Below the pieces are notes generated by a model. That model was not told the DNA's origin. It searched no databases and saw only the letters and a list, made by a program, of their open reading frames with translations. The position numbers and the translations under genes are program-made. Below are positions 12,653 to 25,500 of a stretch of 64,000 bases of DNA, one piece after another. How positions within the stretch are numbered: the first letter of the stretch is position 1; each line of letters opens with the position of its first letter. Source of the stretch: Amphiscolops sp. MND2022 (taxonomy: Eukaryota); the NCBI GenBank assembly GCA_964187785.1, contig OZ076413.1, forward strand, positions 48,362,001-48,426,000, given 5' to 3'.

Positions 12653-13024
12653 CACATCGAAAGGAGCCAATGGTGTTGACGCATCTGAAATGTTCGGAAT
12701 TGAGGCAGACGTCGGGATGTTCTTTGCACTCATCGATGTCTTCGCATAAGTCCTTTTCGATGTTGATAACAAATCCAGTTTCGCAGACGCAAGTGTAGGA
12801 TCCAACTTCGTTTTCACAGTGTCCGCTGTCATAGTTTTCATAAGAGCAAGACTTGCTAGCACACTCATTATTGTCTACGCAAGAGACGATTCCTTCATTG
12901 TGAAAAGGTTTGACAATGTACCCTGCATTACAGACACAGCTGTAGCCATGATTTATTTCGTTCACACAAGAGCCAGCAGACAGGCCGCCACAAAGTTCGT
13001 GTCCACTATCGCATTCATTGAACT
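12653..13024 (-). CDS. Host gene exon with three EGF / calcium-binding EGF domains
   Basis: NEC..C..C..YSCVCNAGY, DNNEC, DIDEC; flanked by TTCCAG and GTTAGT; 372 bp, phase 1-1. Confidence 0.88.
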
Positions 13025-13177
13025 CTGGAATGAAAAATGGTGCTGAATCATCTAAATACTTTTCTTCCAATTTTGAAACATCGAAACAGAAGATTCGAAC
13101 TTAAGAGGCGGAGGTTCGAATCTTATCAGTTTCGATGTTTCGTTTGCTTCCAAATACGAAAGAAAAGCATTTATTTT

Positions 13178-13253
13178 CGCTTTATATCTGAATTTAATAG
13201 CATTTTACTGGGGAATTCCCCAATAAAATGCTATTTAATTCCGATATAAAGCG
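13178..13253. repeat. Near-perfect 76-bp intronic palindrome (a second hairpin lies at 13075-13140)
   Basis: CGCTTTATATC...GGGGAATTCCCC...GATATAAAGCG. Confidence 0.85.
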
Positions 13254-13625
13254 GACTCACTCTCTTCCCGGCTTGCTTGAGTCCGAAAGAAATGCCTACC
13301 ATCATATATAAATCTCTTTTAACATTGTTCGGTATGAGCTCAGACGTGTTTCTTACTTTTTTAAATCCAAGTTCCAAAATTGTATTTTCCTTATCTTCCC
13401 ACGTCTATTCTTTTTGACAAGAAATGAAACAAGGCAATTTTACAACAACAAAAATGAATTGTTTCTAGATTCTCAGGAAATTTTGTGAAACATTGAGGAA
13501 CATTTTCAGATCAATAATTTTTTCTTCATGTGATAGTATTTTTTAAAATCAAGAAGCAGATTTGAAATTTTTGGTGGTCAAGTTTGCTGCTCGAGGCATG
13601 CTGTGATTAGTTTCTCCAATGTTTC

Positions 13626-13949
13626 ATTAATATTTTCATAGATAAAAATTCAAATAGGATGAACCATTGGACATAATTGTAAGTAAGGACTTTCCGATAA
13701 ACTAATGGATTGAAACCCAATAAGTAAAAAAATAGCATATTTCTCCCACACACAAACTGGCCAGCCGATTAAGATGCTTTTTGGTGCTACGAACCATTGC
13801 TAAGTAGAATTGCATAAGATCACCTCTCATGGAAAGATTTTGATTTTTTACTTATTGGCTTTCAATTCATTAGTTTATCGGAAAGTATTTGCTTACAATT
13901 ATGTCCAATGGTTCATCCTATTTGAATGTTTATCTATGAAAATATTAAT
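13626..13949. mobile_element. MITE-like element with about 105-bp inverted arms
   Basis: 13626-13730 is the inverted counterpart of 13844-13949 with few mismatches. Confidence 0.75.
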
Positions 13950-14096
13950 TAAATGAAAATTAAATAATTGAAAAAAAATGATTGCATTGTTGTGCAGTTA
14001 GGCCCCTCAAACACCCCTAAGCGTTTTTCCTTTGAGAATCATCACCCTACAGTAGGGTTATTAGGCGTTAACAACTAAACTTTTCAGTCTATTTAC

Positions 14097-14363
14097 CAGA
14101 TTGAAGCAACTCTTGTCGAACCACAGTGCAATTGTCCAGCTTCTCCGTGAAAATTGAGCATTCTTGGGGGGACAAAAACTTGAGACTGGTAGTTGGATTG
14201 ATTTGCAAACCCGATCCACACATCTTTTGATCAGAGCAGTAGACAGCTGATGAACCTGCATGGTACGCCATTTCCAAGCACGCATCTTGAGACAGTCTTT
14301 CAGTCAGGTCACCCGAAATTTGAACGCTGTGTTCCAGTGTTATGTTGATTCCACATGCAACAA
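14097..14363 (-). CDS. Host gene exon, Cys-rich (PAN/apple-like)
   Basis: TTTCAG acceptor, GTAAAT donor, 267 bp, phase 1-1, open frame VACGINITL...QELLQS. Confidence 0.6.
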
Positions 14364-14377
14364 CTGAAACGCAAAAC

Positions 14378-14795
14378 AATTTTTTTAAGACCACCTGAAC
14401 TGACCAAAATAGCTCTACCAAAAGTTCTACAAAATTTTGAGAAGACGCCAAAATGTACCTACTGGTCCAAGGAACTGAACCAAAAAGGTTTCCCGCGTAA
14501 GATACAATACCGGACGAGACCAAAGGGTCCATCCTTTAGATTTTTTTCGGCACTATGCGACTTTTTTTCAAAATTTTGTTTCCACCAAAGGGTACCCTCT
14601 TCAAATTTTTGGAGTTTTGCGAAAGAATGGATGTTGAAAAATCCCAAAAGGTCCTCCCTTTCAGTTTTTTTTGTGGGACTTTTTTCAATTTTTTCCATAA
14701 AAGGTTCCAAATTCACCAATACTTTGACATTTTGAAGTCCTATTGCTATTTTGAGCCTCAGATATGGCGCCGACTTGGACCGGTGCCGGCTTGTT
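14378..14795. mobile_element. HINE-like repeat fragment, opposite orientation to the 11690 copy
   Basis: Shares the GACCCTTT/CGGTATTGTAT and CAACATCCATT blocks; ends GCCGGCTTGTT. Confidence 0.65.
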
Positions 14796-15868
14796 TGATA
14801 TTATTGTCCAAACTAGGAGAAATTCACGTTTGGAACAAGATAAAATTGTATAAAAAGGCCCTTATTCCAACGTAAATTTTCTCCGTGATAAAATCTTATG
14901 AGCAACTTTTAACTGACAGTGAATGTATAGATAGGATTATGTCGACATCAATTATTTTAGTTTTGAGGGGGAATTGAACACATGGTCCGATTCTGCTATT
15001 GCAAACAGCGCTGAACCAGTCGAGTGACTGGTAACACAAATACATGAGCTCACTACTTCTGTTCATATGAGATTTGCAGGAATTGTTCAGCAAAAATGTA
15101 TCTCGATTACAAATTGAGGCTAGTGTGATTCAATATCTATGTGATTTTTGCAGTCCAACTGCCACTGAAAACTCAGTGACAATAAATGACTTGAGAAATT
15201 TGCCGAGGACACCTACCTGTTATTTCGTCTCATGCAAATTCAACGAAGGAATTTTCAACCGTTGTCATTCTTTCCGAACGTCCACAGTAATTTGACAGAG
15301 ACAAAGCGCAGGATAAGTACACGAACAGCGAAAGCCGCATCATACAAAACTCATTCAAGTTTGGAACGTCAACCACGCCTTGAAAATTAGTTTAAAGTCA
15401 ACCCATCCATTGAAAGTCAGTTACACTTAGGGCATAAAAGCACGCATATGAATTAGAGCGATTTTCGGATTTTTTCTGTTTCTCAATAGCACTGTCTTAG
15501 TCCAATTGGGTGGAATTGTTGTAGGTTGAAACTGCGGAAGAAATTGAAATAGGTTGAAATATATTGGGAGCAGTTAAAATTTCGAACAGTTTAAATGACA
15601 GCGGTTGAAATCGAACAGTTTGGTAATTCATAGGTTGAAATTGAGTACAACGAAATGACTTGACACCGTTTGAAAATCAAGTATTTGTTATAAAATGTTT
15701 TGACATAAACTTTTAGCATGTTTTGTTTGCACAAACATTTTTAAGAGTAAACGTTTGAGATTGACTCACGGTAAATCTTCTTCTCCAGAAGCAGTGCTAA
15801 AAAAGACGTATTATGAGAGCATTTTTTAAAGAATAAATATGGAATAAAGAAACGGACAACCAACTCAC

Positions 15869-16178
15869 GGTCAACCAAGTAGAGGGTCGTTTCTACATCA
15901 GGAGCACGGAACCGTGAATCTCGAAACTTGTTGGACGCATGAAAACATGTGCACAAGCTTTTTTCAGGCTCATATCTTCTGAAATTCACCTTATTGGTGC
16001 CATGTTTCATGCAAGCCACTGAACATAACGTGGATGTGGGAACGCCAAAAATAAATGCGATAATGTTCAAGTAAAAAATGTTATCCACAGTTACATCTTT
16101 CGCAACTTTTGTAATCACAGCTAAGCCAAACTCTTTCATAAGGTGAAGGACACATATTAGAAACAAGTGAGTCCGCAT
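15869..16178 (-). CDS. Probable first exon of the host gene: signal peptide plus PAN/apple-like domain
   Basis: MRTHLFLICVLHL...LCSVACMK...LCTCF; GTGAGT donor; 310 bp gives phase 1, compatible with the downstream exons. Confidence 0.65.
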
Positions 16179-17237
16179 TTTGAAAAAATTAGGTGCTGAA
16201 TAGTTTTTCTTGTGCTACAGTTCTAGCTAGGTGCTGAACAAAAGAAAAGCTTTGCAACACAATAAGAAATCGATTGTTGCTTGCCTTCTCAAAGAAGCAA
16301 TTGATTGATGGATTCACTGGACTTTGAATCAAACAAAAAAACTTTTCAAGATTTTTCCGAGTTGCTAAAGCAGAAAAATTTAAATTCATCCTTGCTCAGT
16401 AAATTTATAAATTTTTTATGAATAACAGGTTTATTCAGAAGCGTTCCAACATATTGCAACACCATTGCTTAAACTAATTATTTCGAATCCGAGTGTCTCG
16501 AAAGTTGTTACAAATACAAAACAAACGTCAGTTACCATAGTTTAGTAGAAAGATCATTGGTTTACAAAAATATTTTTTTTAATTAGCTACACCCATACTA
16601 GAAAAGTGGGAAATTTCAAAAATAAAAACAAATTGAATCCTATGGAAATTTTGCCCAGCATGAAATTTCAATCGATTGATGCTCAGCCAATCAATACCTT
16701 TTTTGTTATACTCTGTCAATATTTCATATGGGAAAGGAAAACATTTAAATTAAACGATTTCTTCAACAAAATTTGCCATGTTCCAAATTTATATTCAAGT
16801 TAAAAGGTTTCGACAAAAGAATTTAACTGACGTAACTTTAGTACCATGCGATATGTAATTGTAAAGATCTTTAGGTGTTTTCGGTTGACCCCAAAGACAC
16901 CATATTGACCCATATGTCAGAACTAGAAAGTTTTCCGAATTTTAAATGTTTATGCAATTTTTGTCGAATTTTTGATAGACTTCGTGTCTTAGAAAAATGA
17001 AAACATTCAAAAGAGAAAGACTTCTTTGTACAGAAGGCTTTGTTGGAGGAATAAATTAATTTTTTAATTTAAAAATGCGTCAAATTGAGACCGAAATTGC
17101 CAAAGATTCCAAAAAATTTCGTTTTTTAACGTTCTTATGCAATTTTTGTCTATTTTTTGAACGAATTGGTAGCTTACAGTGTTGGAAATGTTTTTGCAAG
17201 TTTCATAATCAAACCTAAGCCAAACTCCTTCATCATG

Positions 17238-17612
17238 ATCTTTAAAGTTTTTATGATCAAAAAAATCATTCGAGATTTTTCTGAGTTGCTAAAGCGTAAA
17301 TTTTAAATTGATTATTGCTCAGTAAGTTTTCAAAATTTTTATGATCAAAAAAAATCATTCGAGATTTTTCCGAGTTGGTAAAGCGTTAATTTTGAATCGA
17401 GTATTGCTCAGTAAATCTTTAAAGTTTTTATGATCAAAAAAATCATTCGAGATTTTTCTGAGTTGCTAAAGCGTGAATTTTAAATTGATTATTGCTCAGT
17501 AAGTTTTCAAAATTTTTATGATCAAAAAAAATCATTCGAGATTTTTCCGAGTTGGTAAAGCATAAATTTTAAATCGATTTTTGCTCATTAAATCTTCGAA
17601 TTTTTATGATCA
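17238..17612. repeat. Tandem repeat, 88-89-bp unit in a 177-bp higher-order dimer, about 4 units
   Basis: Recurring TTTTATGATCAAAAAAATCATTCGAGATTTTT; expanded from a sequence also present near 16345-16425. Confidence 0.9.
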
Positions 17613-18128
17613 AATGGGTTCGAATATTCGTGAAATTTAGATAATGCGTAAACTTATTGACACGGGTCAGTAGAACATTCAGAAAAGTTCCAAAATATTG
17701 CAACCCCATTGCTTAAATTGACAAAATTCAAATCGAATTGTCTCGATATTTGTTACAAATACGAAGCAAATGTCAGATACAATAGTTTCGTAGAGTGTTA
17801 TTTAGTTGACAAAACTTTTTAAAATTGCTACGGTCATATAAAGTTAGAAACTTCAAAATTCAAAAAAAAACATAAAAGAATATAATTAAGTTTTACCCCA
17901 GCTAGAAATTTCAATCGATTGATGCTCTGCAAATAATTTATAGATTTACATTTACATTTTTAATATCAATAGATTCATTTACAAGCCTTCGAAAACATTG
18001 CAACCCAATTGCTTAAAATGGCAAAATTCAAATGCGTTCGTCTCCGAAAGTTTGAGTCAAAAATTGTCACAATTACAAAATGGCAGGTGCAACAAGTCTT
18101 AGAAATTAATCTAGTTTACAAAACTGTT

Positions 18129-18318
18129 TTTAGTCGGCGCTTTTCTTAAGAAAAGAGTCGACTATAGGCATGGCTTTCCGTCAGTGTTTCTTTTTTTGTT
18201 TTTTTAAGACCACTTGAACTGACCAAAATAGTTCTACCAAAAGTTATACAAATTTCTGAGGAGACTCCAAAATGTTCCGGTTGGCCCAAGGAACTGAACC
18301 AAAAACGTTTCCCGCGTC
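18129..18318. mobile_element. HINE-like repeat end abutting truncated element B
   Basis: TTTTTAGTCGGCGCTTTT terminus; body matches 14385-14495. Confidence 0.6.
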
Positions 18319-21300
18319 ATTTGGTTTTAAACGTATTCTAAAAGGAGTTGCAAGTTTTCCAACATCGTTTTTATGTGTAGCATAACAATTCTTGTGCTTT
18401 ACAAATAAGTTACACAATGTTACATTTTCGGTATCGGTAAGATCAGAAAAATGGAACTTAAATTTGTTTATAAACTTGAGATTGTCTTTTGAATATGGTA
18501 GTGTAGGAAAATTGCGAGATTTTGGTGTGTCAGAAGTGGGTTGAACGATGTATATATTGGAATGAAGTGTTTCATGTAATGTAGGAGATGTCACGTAAAA
18601 CTGATGTAAGGAAAAATGATTTGATGAAGAGGGTATTTCTTGTGTAGGCGTATTATAATTAGATAATGGAATTGGTTCAGCTATATATGGGTGATAAGTA
18701 TGAGCTACTTTGTGTACAAGAGTGTTTAGATCATTAACTTGATAGTATTTAGGTTGTTCATTTGTGATAGGTACTTCAATATAACCAATATGTCCAATAT
18801 AAGACTTCAATATAACCAATATAAGAAATCTGGATAGCCTTTTGAAAGCAGAGAAGTAAATTTAGTTGTATTCGGTTGATCTTTGGATTGGTATTTGAAT
18901 CGTAATGTGAAGTCTTGAATTTTGATGTTCTGTATATATTCTTCGAAGAATGGAGTTCCAAGAATAATATATTCGAAATCTGCAACAGCAAATGGGATAA
19001 TGAACTGTCTGGAGGTTTGTCCGATCGTATTTAAGGTAGTAGTTACATAATGTAAAAGAGAACTTCAGTCTGGTTTGCAACAGACAACGTTTTTGATGTA
19101 TGATTTCTTTTATTATTACATGTGATATTGAGAAGTTTTGCAATTGTGAGATAGGTAGGGTGTTGAGTACTGGAATGGAAGCAACACTATCTAACAAAAA
19201 TGAGATTTCTAATCTTGAAGAATGATAATTATCATTGTAACTTTCAGGAGTATGTAAGTATAGAGAGTAAAACCAACTTGTAGGTGTTAAAGCGTTAGCC
19301 AATTCTGTGGGATGGTACATGTGGATTTCAAAGTTGATAGGTGAATTTGATTGTTATGTTTGAATGATATTGACTATGTTTTTTGTTTCAGAACTTGATC
19401 TAGATCTGAAAGGCCTAGATTCTCGTGGTTGTGAAGGAGGCCTATATGACGAAGTGTATTGTGGAAATTGTCTATCTCTATGGTATGAACGTGATCTATA
19501 TCTATATCTAATCTCTTCTATATGGCGATCTATATGAAGATCTGTATGGTGAACGACGAGAACGTGAATCTCGTCTGTACTTGCCATATCTTGATCTGTT
19601 AAACTGGGAGGAGTAGTAGTTCTGTCATATCTGTATCGGTCTCTGGAGTGAGAACGATATCGATTTTGTGATGAAGTACTGCGATTTGTATTACTATGGC
19701 GTAATGTACTTCTACTACGGTATCTATCATAGGATCCTGTAGGTTTGTTGTTTGTTCTGTAAAAACTTTTCTCACGAGAAGAAGAACGAAAGTATTGTAC
19801 GAATGATTTTTGAGGAGATTTAGATCTAGCGTAGGTGCCTCTTTTATCTTCATCATCTCGTTGTTTCTTGAAACAAGCAGAGATGGAACGATTTGTTCTA
19901 CGGCAATGTGAACAATATTTTTTAAATGCAGGTTTGTGTTTGTTATTGGGGTCTCTAGTTTGTGTAAACAAAAGGTATTCAGATTGTTTTGTTTCAAATA
20001 TCTGTGATTGTAGTTGATTTGTAATAGAGTTGATTTCGAGAGTAAGATCATGAATGCGTATTTTGTCATTGGCTATATCTTCAGCGTCGACTAGTTTTAC
20101 AAGTGTATGAAATGGTATTGAAGGTTCTAAAACAGTTGAAGTATGTTTCACTTGTCTTTAACTTGTAAAGTCTTTAAGGTTTTTCGGAAGACTTTTAGTA
20201 AAAATTTCATTATGTTTCAAGTTGATGGTAGAAGCATTTTCATTACACCAGCCTTTTTCAACTAGTTGTTGAACTTTAGGAGCAAAGTGGCATACTGTTT
20301 CTTTATCCTTTGTGACAAGTGTTAGGGCTTCAACTTGTACCAAATAAGCATTCTTTTGAAAAAAAATTGTTTCTTAAAAGCTTGTACAAAGGCAGACCAG
20401 TCTTGTTTGTATGTGTCGTTTAAGCGAATGTACCAGCTAAGGGCTGTACCAGTGAGAGAGCTTTGTATAAAAGCCATTCGTCGAGCGTGCCAAGTCTTAT
20501 ATTCATGAGAAGTTGTAGGATGTAGACCTAAAGAAAATGTAACACGAGCTTCAATGTGTTGTAAATGTCCTTCAGGTGTATATTTATGATCAAGACCATC
20601 AAATGGTTTGATTGGTTCTGAAATAGAAGTAGAAGAATTGATGTGTGTAGGATTTGAAATGGTTGTGGATGGTTGAGTATAAGGATGTGTTCTATGATAG
20701 TTTGAATGTGAGGTATTTGTTTGTAAGTTGTTAGTGTTTGTTGGAATTTGTGATATAGGTGTGAAATATGGATTGGTTCTAATAGAGGAGGTTAATGGTA
20801 CCGGAATGTTGTGATGTATGGAATTACTTGAAGTAGTCGTTTGAGTGTTATGCTCTAGAGAATATATAGTGAAACGTGAGACGAGTTGAAGTGACAAGTG
20901 TTCAAATTGAGCATTAAGTGGTTGTTGTTATATTGATTGTGTTGTTTGTGGACTTTGTTGTGAATATTGAATTTGAGATTCAGATGTATCAGACAAAGTT
21001 CATTTGGATCGGGAATTTGAATGTTAGTGTTATGAGGTGTTGTATGGATCTCAGTTGTTGATGTAGTAATACATAGTCGGTTATCAGACGTTTCAGAAAG
21101 TTCTGCAATGAAGTCATTCTCGAAAGCAATAGTATCAAAGTATGGTAAATGAAATTTTAGAGGATTTATATATTGTGGATGTTTGAAATCCTCTTTTATA
21201 ATGAAAGGTAATAAATCTACTTTATCAAAGGTCTGTGGAAAATTAGTATATGCAGATTGATCTGGTTGTACCCATCTTAGTTGATAATTGAACCGAAAGG

Positions 21301-22586
21301 CCTTTAGAAAAAATTTTGCAAAGACTTTAATTTGTGGTATAGTGTCAACATTAAGGGTAAGATTTTGGAAGAAGTTGTACTGAAAATGTGTAGTTTGTAA
21401 TATATCTTGTTGTAACCAGTAGTGAGGATTATTTTGTCTAGTTATCTTGGAGTCAAAATCTGGGACTTCAAATTATTGATGTTTTTGTTGAAGGTTGTCT
21501 AATAAGGAAGGACGATATAAAGGTGTATCTAAACTTTCATTGAATTCAATTAATTTGTTCATATAGTTATTGAAAACGTCTTGTATTGTTAGTTGTATGT
21601 TTTGTGGATCTAATGCCCTATATTATGTTCCTGTGTCAACATTTTCAACAGAGTTAAAATGACTTGAAATTGTGCTTGTGATCGGGTTATTTCATAAGTT
21701 CGAAATCTGATGTAATAGAGAAAAGAATCTACATGTTCTCTAAGAAGAGGTATAGTATGTATAGAATGAGGTTCAGTTTCAAAAGGTAATGGATTTGTAT
21801 ATTGAAAGATGAGATTGATTGTGTAGAAAAGGGATAATGTCTTGAGTAATTGCACGTACATTACGAATTGGTGCAGTACTACATTGAAAGGGAGCTGGAA
21901 GCATGTTGGATATTGTAGTTGTGTTCTATTGAAAGTTCTATAAAACCATGTATTTAAGTGGTAAAATGGTTTTGTAATATAGAGGCAATTGTATAGTCTG
22001 TACTGAAATGTGAATGGTATGGAAAAAATTGATCAACAAAAAGGGCTTTAAAGAATATGGTTAAACTGATAGTGAGAAAAAGTATGTATATATTTTTTAT
22101 ATATGTGTTATAGAAACGAGATGTATGATATATGCCAAAGAGTCCAAGAAGAAGTAATAAAATGTTAAAAATCATAAGAGTTCATAGAGTTTAAAACTTT
22201 AGAATGAAAGGTATAAGGAATTGATCAATTGTTATAGCAATGATGGCAATGAAAGCAAGGAAAAACCAAGTGAAAAAAACAACACCAACAAAATTGTCAA
22301 CAGTAAACATTTGAAGGTGGTGGTGTATTATATGTAGTTATTTATATGGTGTTCCATTTGTGTTTTGTATCAGTGTCAATCCCTGGGATTGTTATAAAAG
22401 TGTTATGTTTGTGATATTCTAAGATGTTCTGTGGTGTTATGGAAAAGTTAACAAAAGGTGTCAAAAAGTGATAGATAAGGAGTTAGAGTGTAAAAGGTGT
22501 GCCAACGCGAGGAGTTGATCCATACGGCTAGAACCAAGTCTACTAGCAGGAATCGTCAAATAGCATTTTAGAGAGAAACCAACACG
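18319..22586 (-). mobile_element. Element B: truncated relative of A (leader, membrane ORFs, gag, protease, start of RT)
   Basis: Capsid-like PFDG...SLTGTALSWY...F; degenerate knuckle CSHCRRTNRSISAC; FLLDSVAS; HKNDVGK...PFRIRLK shared with A. Confidence 0.88.
21954..22310 (-). pseudogene. Hydrophobic small ORFs upstream of element B gag
   Basis: MFTVDNFVGVVFFTWFFLAFIAIIAITIDQFLIPFILKF* (22191-22310) and a 73-aa ORF with two hydrophobic stretches (21954-22175). Confidence 0.45.
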
Positions 22587-25500
22587 TGATGAATGCAGAT
22601 ACTAGCCAGATACTTGAAATACTGTCCCATTACTATTAAATAAATACAAGAAGTTATACGGGACTTGACTGCTAGACAGAAAACCCAATGAATACAAACA
22701 ATGAAAACTAAATCAATCAAAAGAAGCCATCAGAAGTTTATGCAACACGAAATGGATTTTATTCTACAATTGTACATATGGTACAATTAAAAATTACCGG
22801 ACTTCTTGGGGTTTTGAGAAGTTTTTCCAGACTGACTAGAAGCGGACTGACCAGGAGGATCTTTAAATGTGACCTTGAGTTGCGCTTGGGAATGGCTGTT
22901 GAGAGCATATCTTATCCGGTCTTGCCCAAAGTAATCAAGTACGTCTCAGGGACTGTATGTGTTGCTGAGGCCAGAAGTACCAAAGGTCGCCTCCAGACTC
23001 AGAAAGCGTGCGATAGAAGGCTCAGACACGAGAGATTCAAATCCTCGGGATACCGTACCAAAATAGGATTGAGCAGGAGCGACTACATCAAATACTGGGC
23101 AAGTTGGGTTGTCTGTTTGTACTGCAAACCTGACAAATCTGAGCCAAATCTGACAGCAGGAAAGATAAAGCGTGGCTCATCCAGACGAAGGCAACTCAAA
23201 TGGAATATTCGCGTTAAATAACGTCGGGACTTCAGTGCATCCTGTTGGGAAATGAACTCAACAGCATCTGCTATCAACATTTTAGGCTGTTGTACTCCTG
23301 GATGGCTCTTGCGCAATTCATCTATGAAAGATAAACATTCGTCCAAATATATGATCTCTTCGTCTGACTGAAAGACTCCTTGTAGCTTAAAACTGGAAAA
23401 CAGCTGCTTGAAGCAATAAGTCGCTTGTTCAATTGGATCCACTAGCGGGATTTTGACATCGAATGAACGTAGGCCTCTTACAATATCGAAGGTGAAGCGC
23501 GTTAGCCTTTTAGTAGCGGTAAGCAGGTTGGCTACGTAACCTCTACCTAAACTTCCGAAATCCTCACGGTTCTTGGCTGTGAACTCATCGAGACTCGGAT
23601 GATGGAGTCCTCTACTGTTATTGGATTGCCTCGAAGTCATTGGTCGAATGCACCTTAGTCCCAATTTCAGTGAGAATTGGCAGAGCTCCTTGTATGTGTG
23701 GAAGCCGCGATCACGTCTGGACTTGAGGGTCAGGGTGAAGCTTGCAGTGACTTAATAGGACAATTTTTGAGAAAAAATTGAGGATCTTAATCACAAAAAC
23801 AACAAAACCTACTCACAGTCCCGTACAAGGCGGTAAAATAGCTCCAGTTTGCTATGGAGTAAGTCATCGTGCACAATTGACTACTCCAGGTTTTGAGGCT
23901 AAAATGAACGGAATTAATAGAAACTGGACCCATGGTCACTTCGGCTAGACCAAAAGTGGCATTAATACTTCTTTGCGTACTACTTGCATTCCTGGGTTGG
24001 GAGCGTATTTACTCAGGTATGACGTCACTTTGGACCAATTGTCAATGAGTTCCTGACACAGCGCTGGCAGTCCGTCTATGTCCAGTTGACAAGTTCGGAT
24101 AGCCTGGAAAAGAACATGAAAAGGTGTTTTACTGGTAATTGAAAAGCATACAAACCTCAACACCATGAAACTTAGGAATTAGGTCGGTTGACGAGATGAA
24201 AAGACTTTACCTACCTTGAACAGTTCAGGGGATAGTAGAACCCAATCCAGTTCTAAACAGCCTCCAAGCGAGATGATCAGATACTTCAGCACAGAAAAGA
24301 AGTCTATTCTGCCAAAGACACTACTGGTCTTCTTGTGCATCAACTGCTGTAAGTCGTGTAAGTCGTCAAAACGTGGTGGACTTTGGACGCCAAAGTCGCT
24401 GCAGGGACTCTGGTCAATAAACTGAATAAATCGGGCACTGCAACCTGTACAACTTCTCAGAGATGGACTTGTAGACAGCACTCCCTTGAAGTATGATTTC
24501 AGGCAGATCTCGGCACTAGTCTGGCCCTGCAGACGACTGGTTCGCTTCAAGAAGACACGACAGAGTTGATCATTTCGCCAACTTTGGATAAAGACGAGAA
24601 GCAAGACCCCTTCGACTCCGAACTCAACAGCGTACTCCTGGTTCGAGTTAACATGCTTGGCAATGTCAGTCACGAGTTCCAGGAACACATGGTGGAAAAA
24701 CACCTGAAACATGTCCAAACAACGTCAAGGAAAGGCTTGTTAGCGTCGCTGGGACTGCAGGTTTACGTACAAAGGCAACTAATATAAAAATGAAACAACT
24801 ACTTACACTAAAACGTTCTTACCCCCAATTGAAATTGGGTAAAAAGGCCTGGTGGTTGACGACGACCCCAACGTCGCTGCAAAAAGATTTCAACACGTAT
24901 TTAGTCTATACGGCCATGTACCAATTCGTAGATTGGTAATTTCTGACCTATTTCTACGAGCTCGACATTTATGAAGTTCGACAACTCCAGTTCCAATTGG
25001 TTTGGGCTCAACAACTTCCCATCTTTGCCGCGGACTGGATGTATCTTTGTGCGTGTGACAGGATTGACAGTATATAAATATTCATATCTCTACATTCCTT
25101 TCATCCTTTTCAAGATGTTTCTCGGTGGAGTGGTGTCGGGGGATCTCTCGGGCGCCTTTCCCGTAAATTGAAATATTTGCCTCACATATCTGGCAGTAGA
25201 ATTTTTACGGATTTCTCCATGGGTGTACTGGACCAAATTCGAAAGTTCGCGTCCACTCCATTCCGTTAAAATATGCTTCCTTCATTATCTTGCTTGATCG
25301 AGTTATTTTCCTTCAAGTCCCAGTTCCTCTAGAACTAGTGGCAAACCATCCACAACGATTCCGTAAGATTTTATTCTCTTCATCCAGGGCTTCAGCTTTT
25401 AAAGAAGTGTCTATCCCCCGGGCCAATCAGCATCAAACGAACCCGGATCAGCCTGAAAGTTCTCGTAGTTGCAAGATGCTCCGTGCATGTTCCTGGGGGG

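Noticed and set aside
14896..15343. Additional exons or gene with a signal peptide
   Set aside because: In-frame TGA before the candidate donor and weak support; possibly a decayed paralog.
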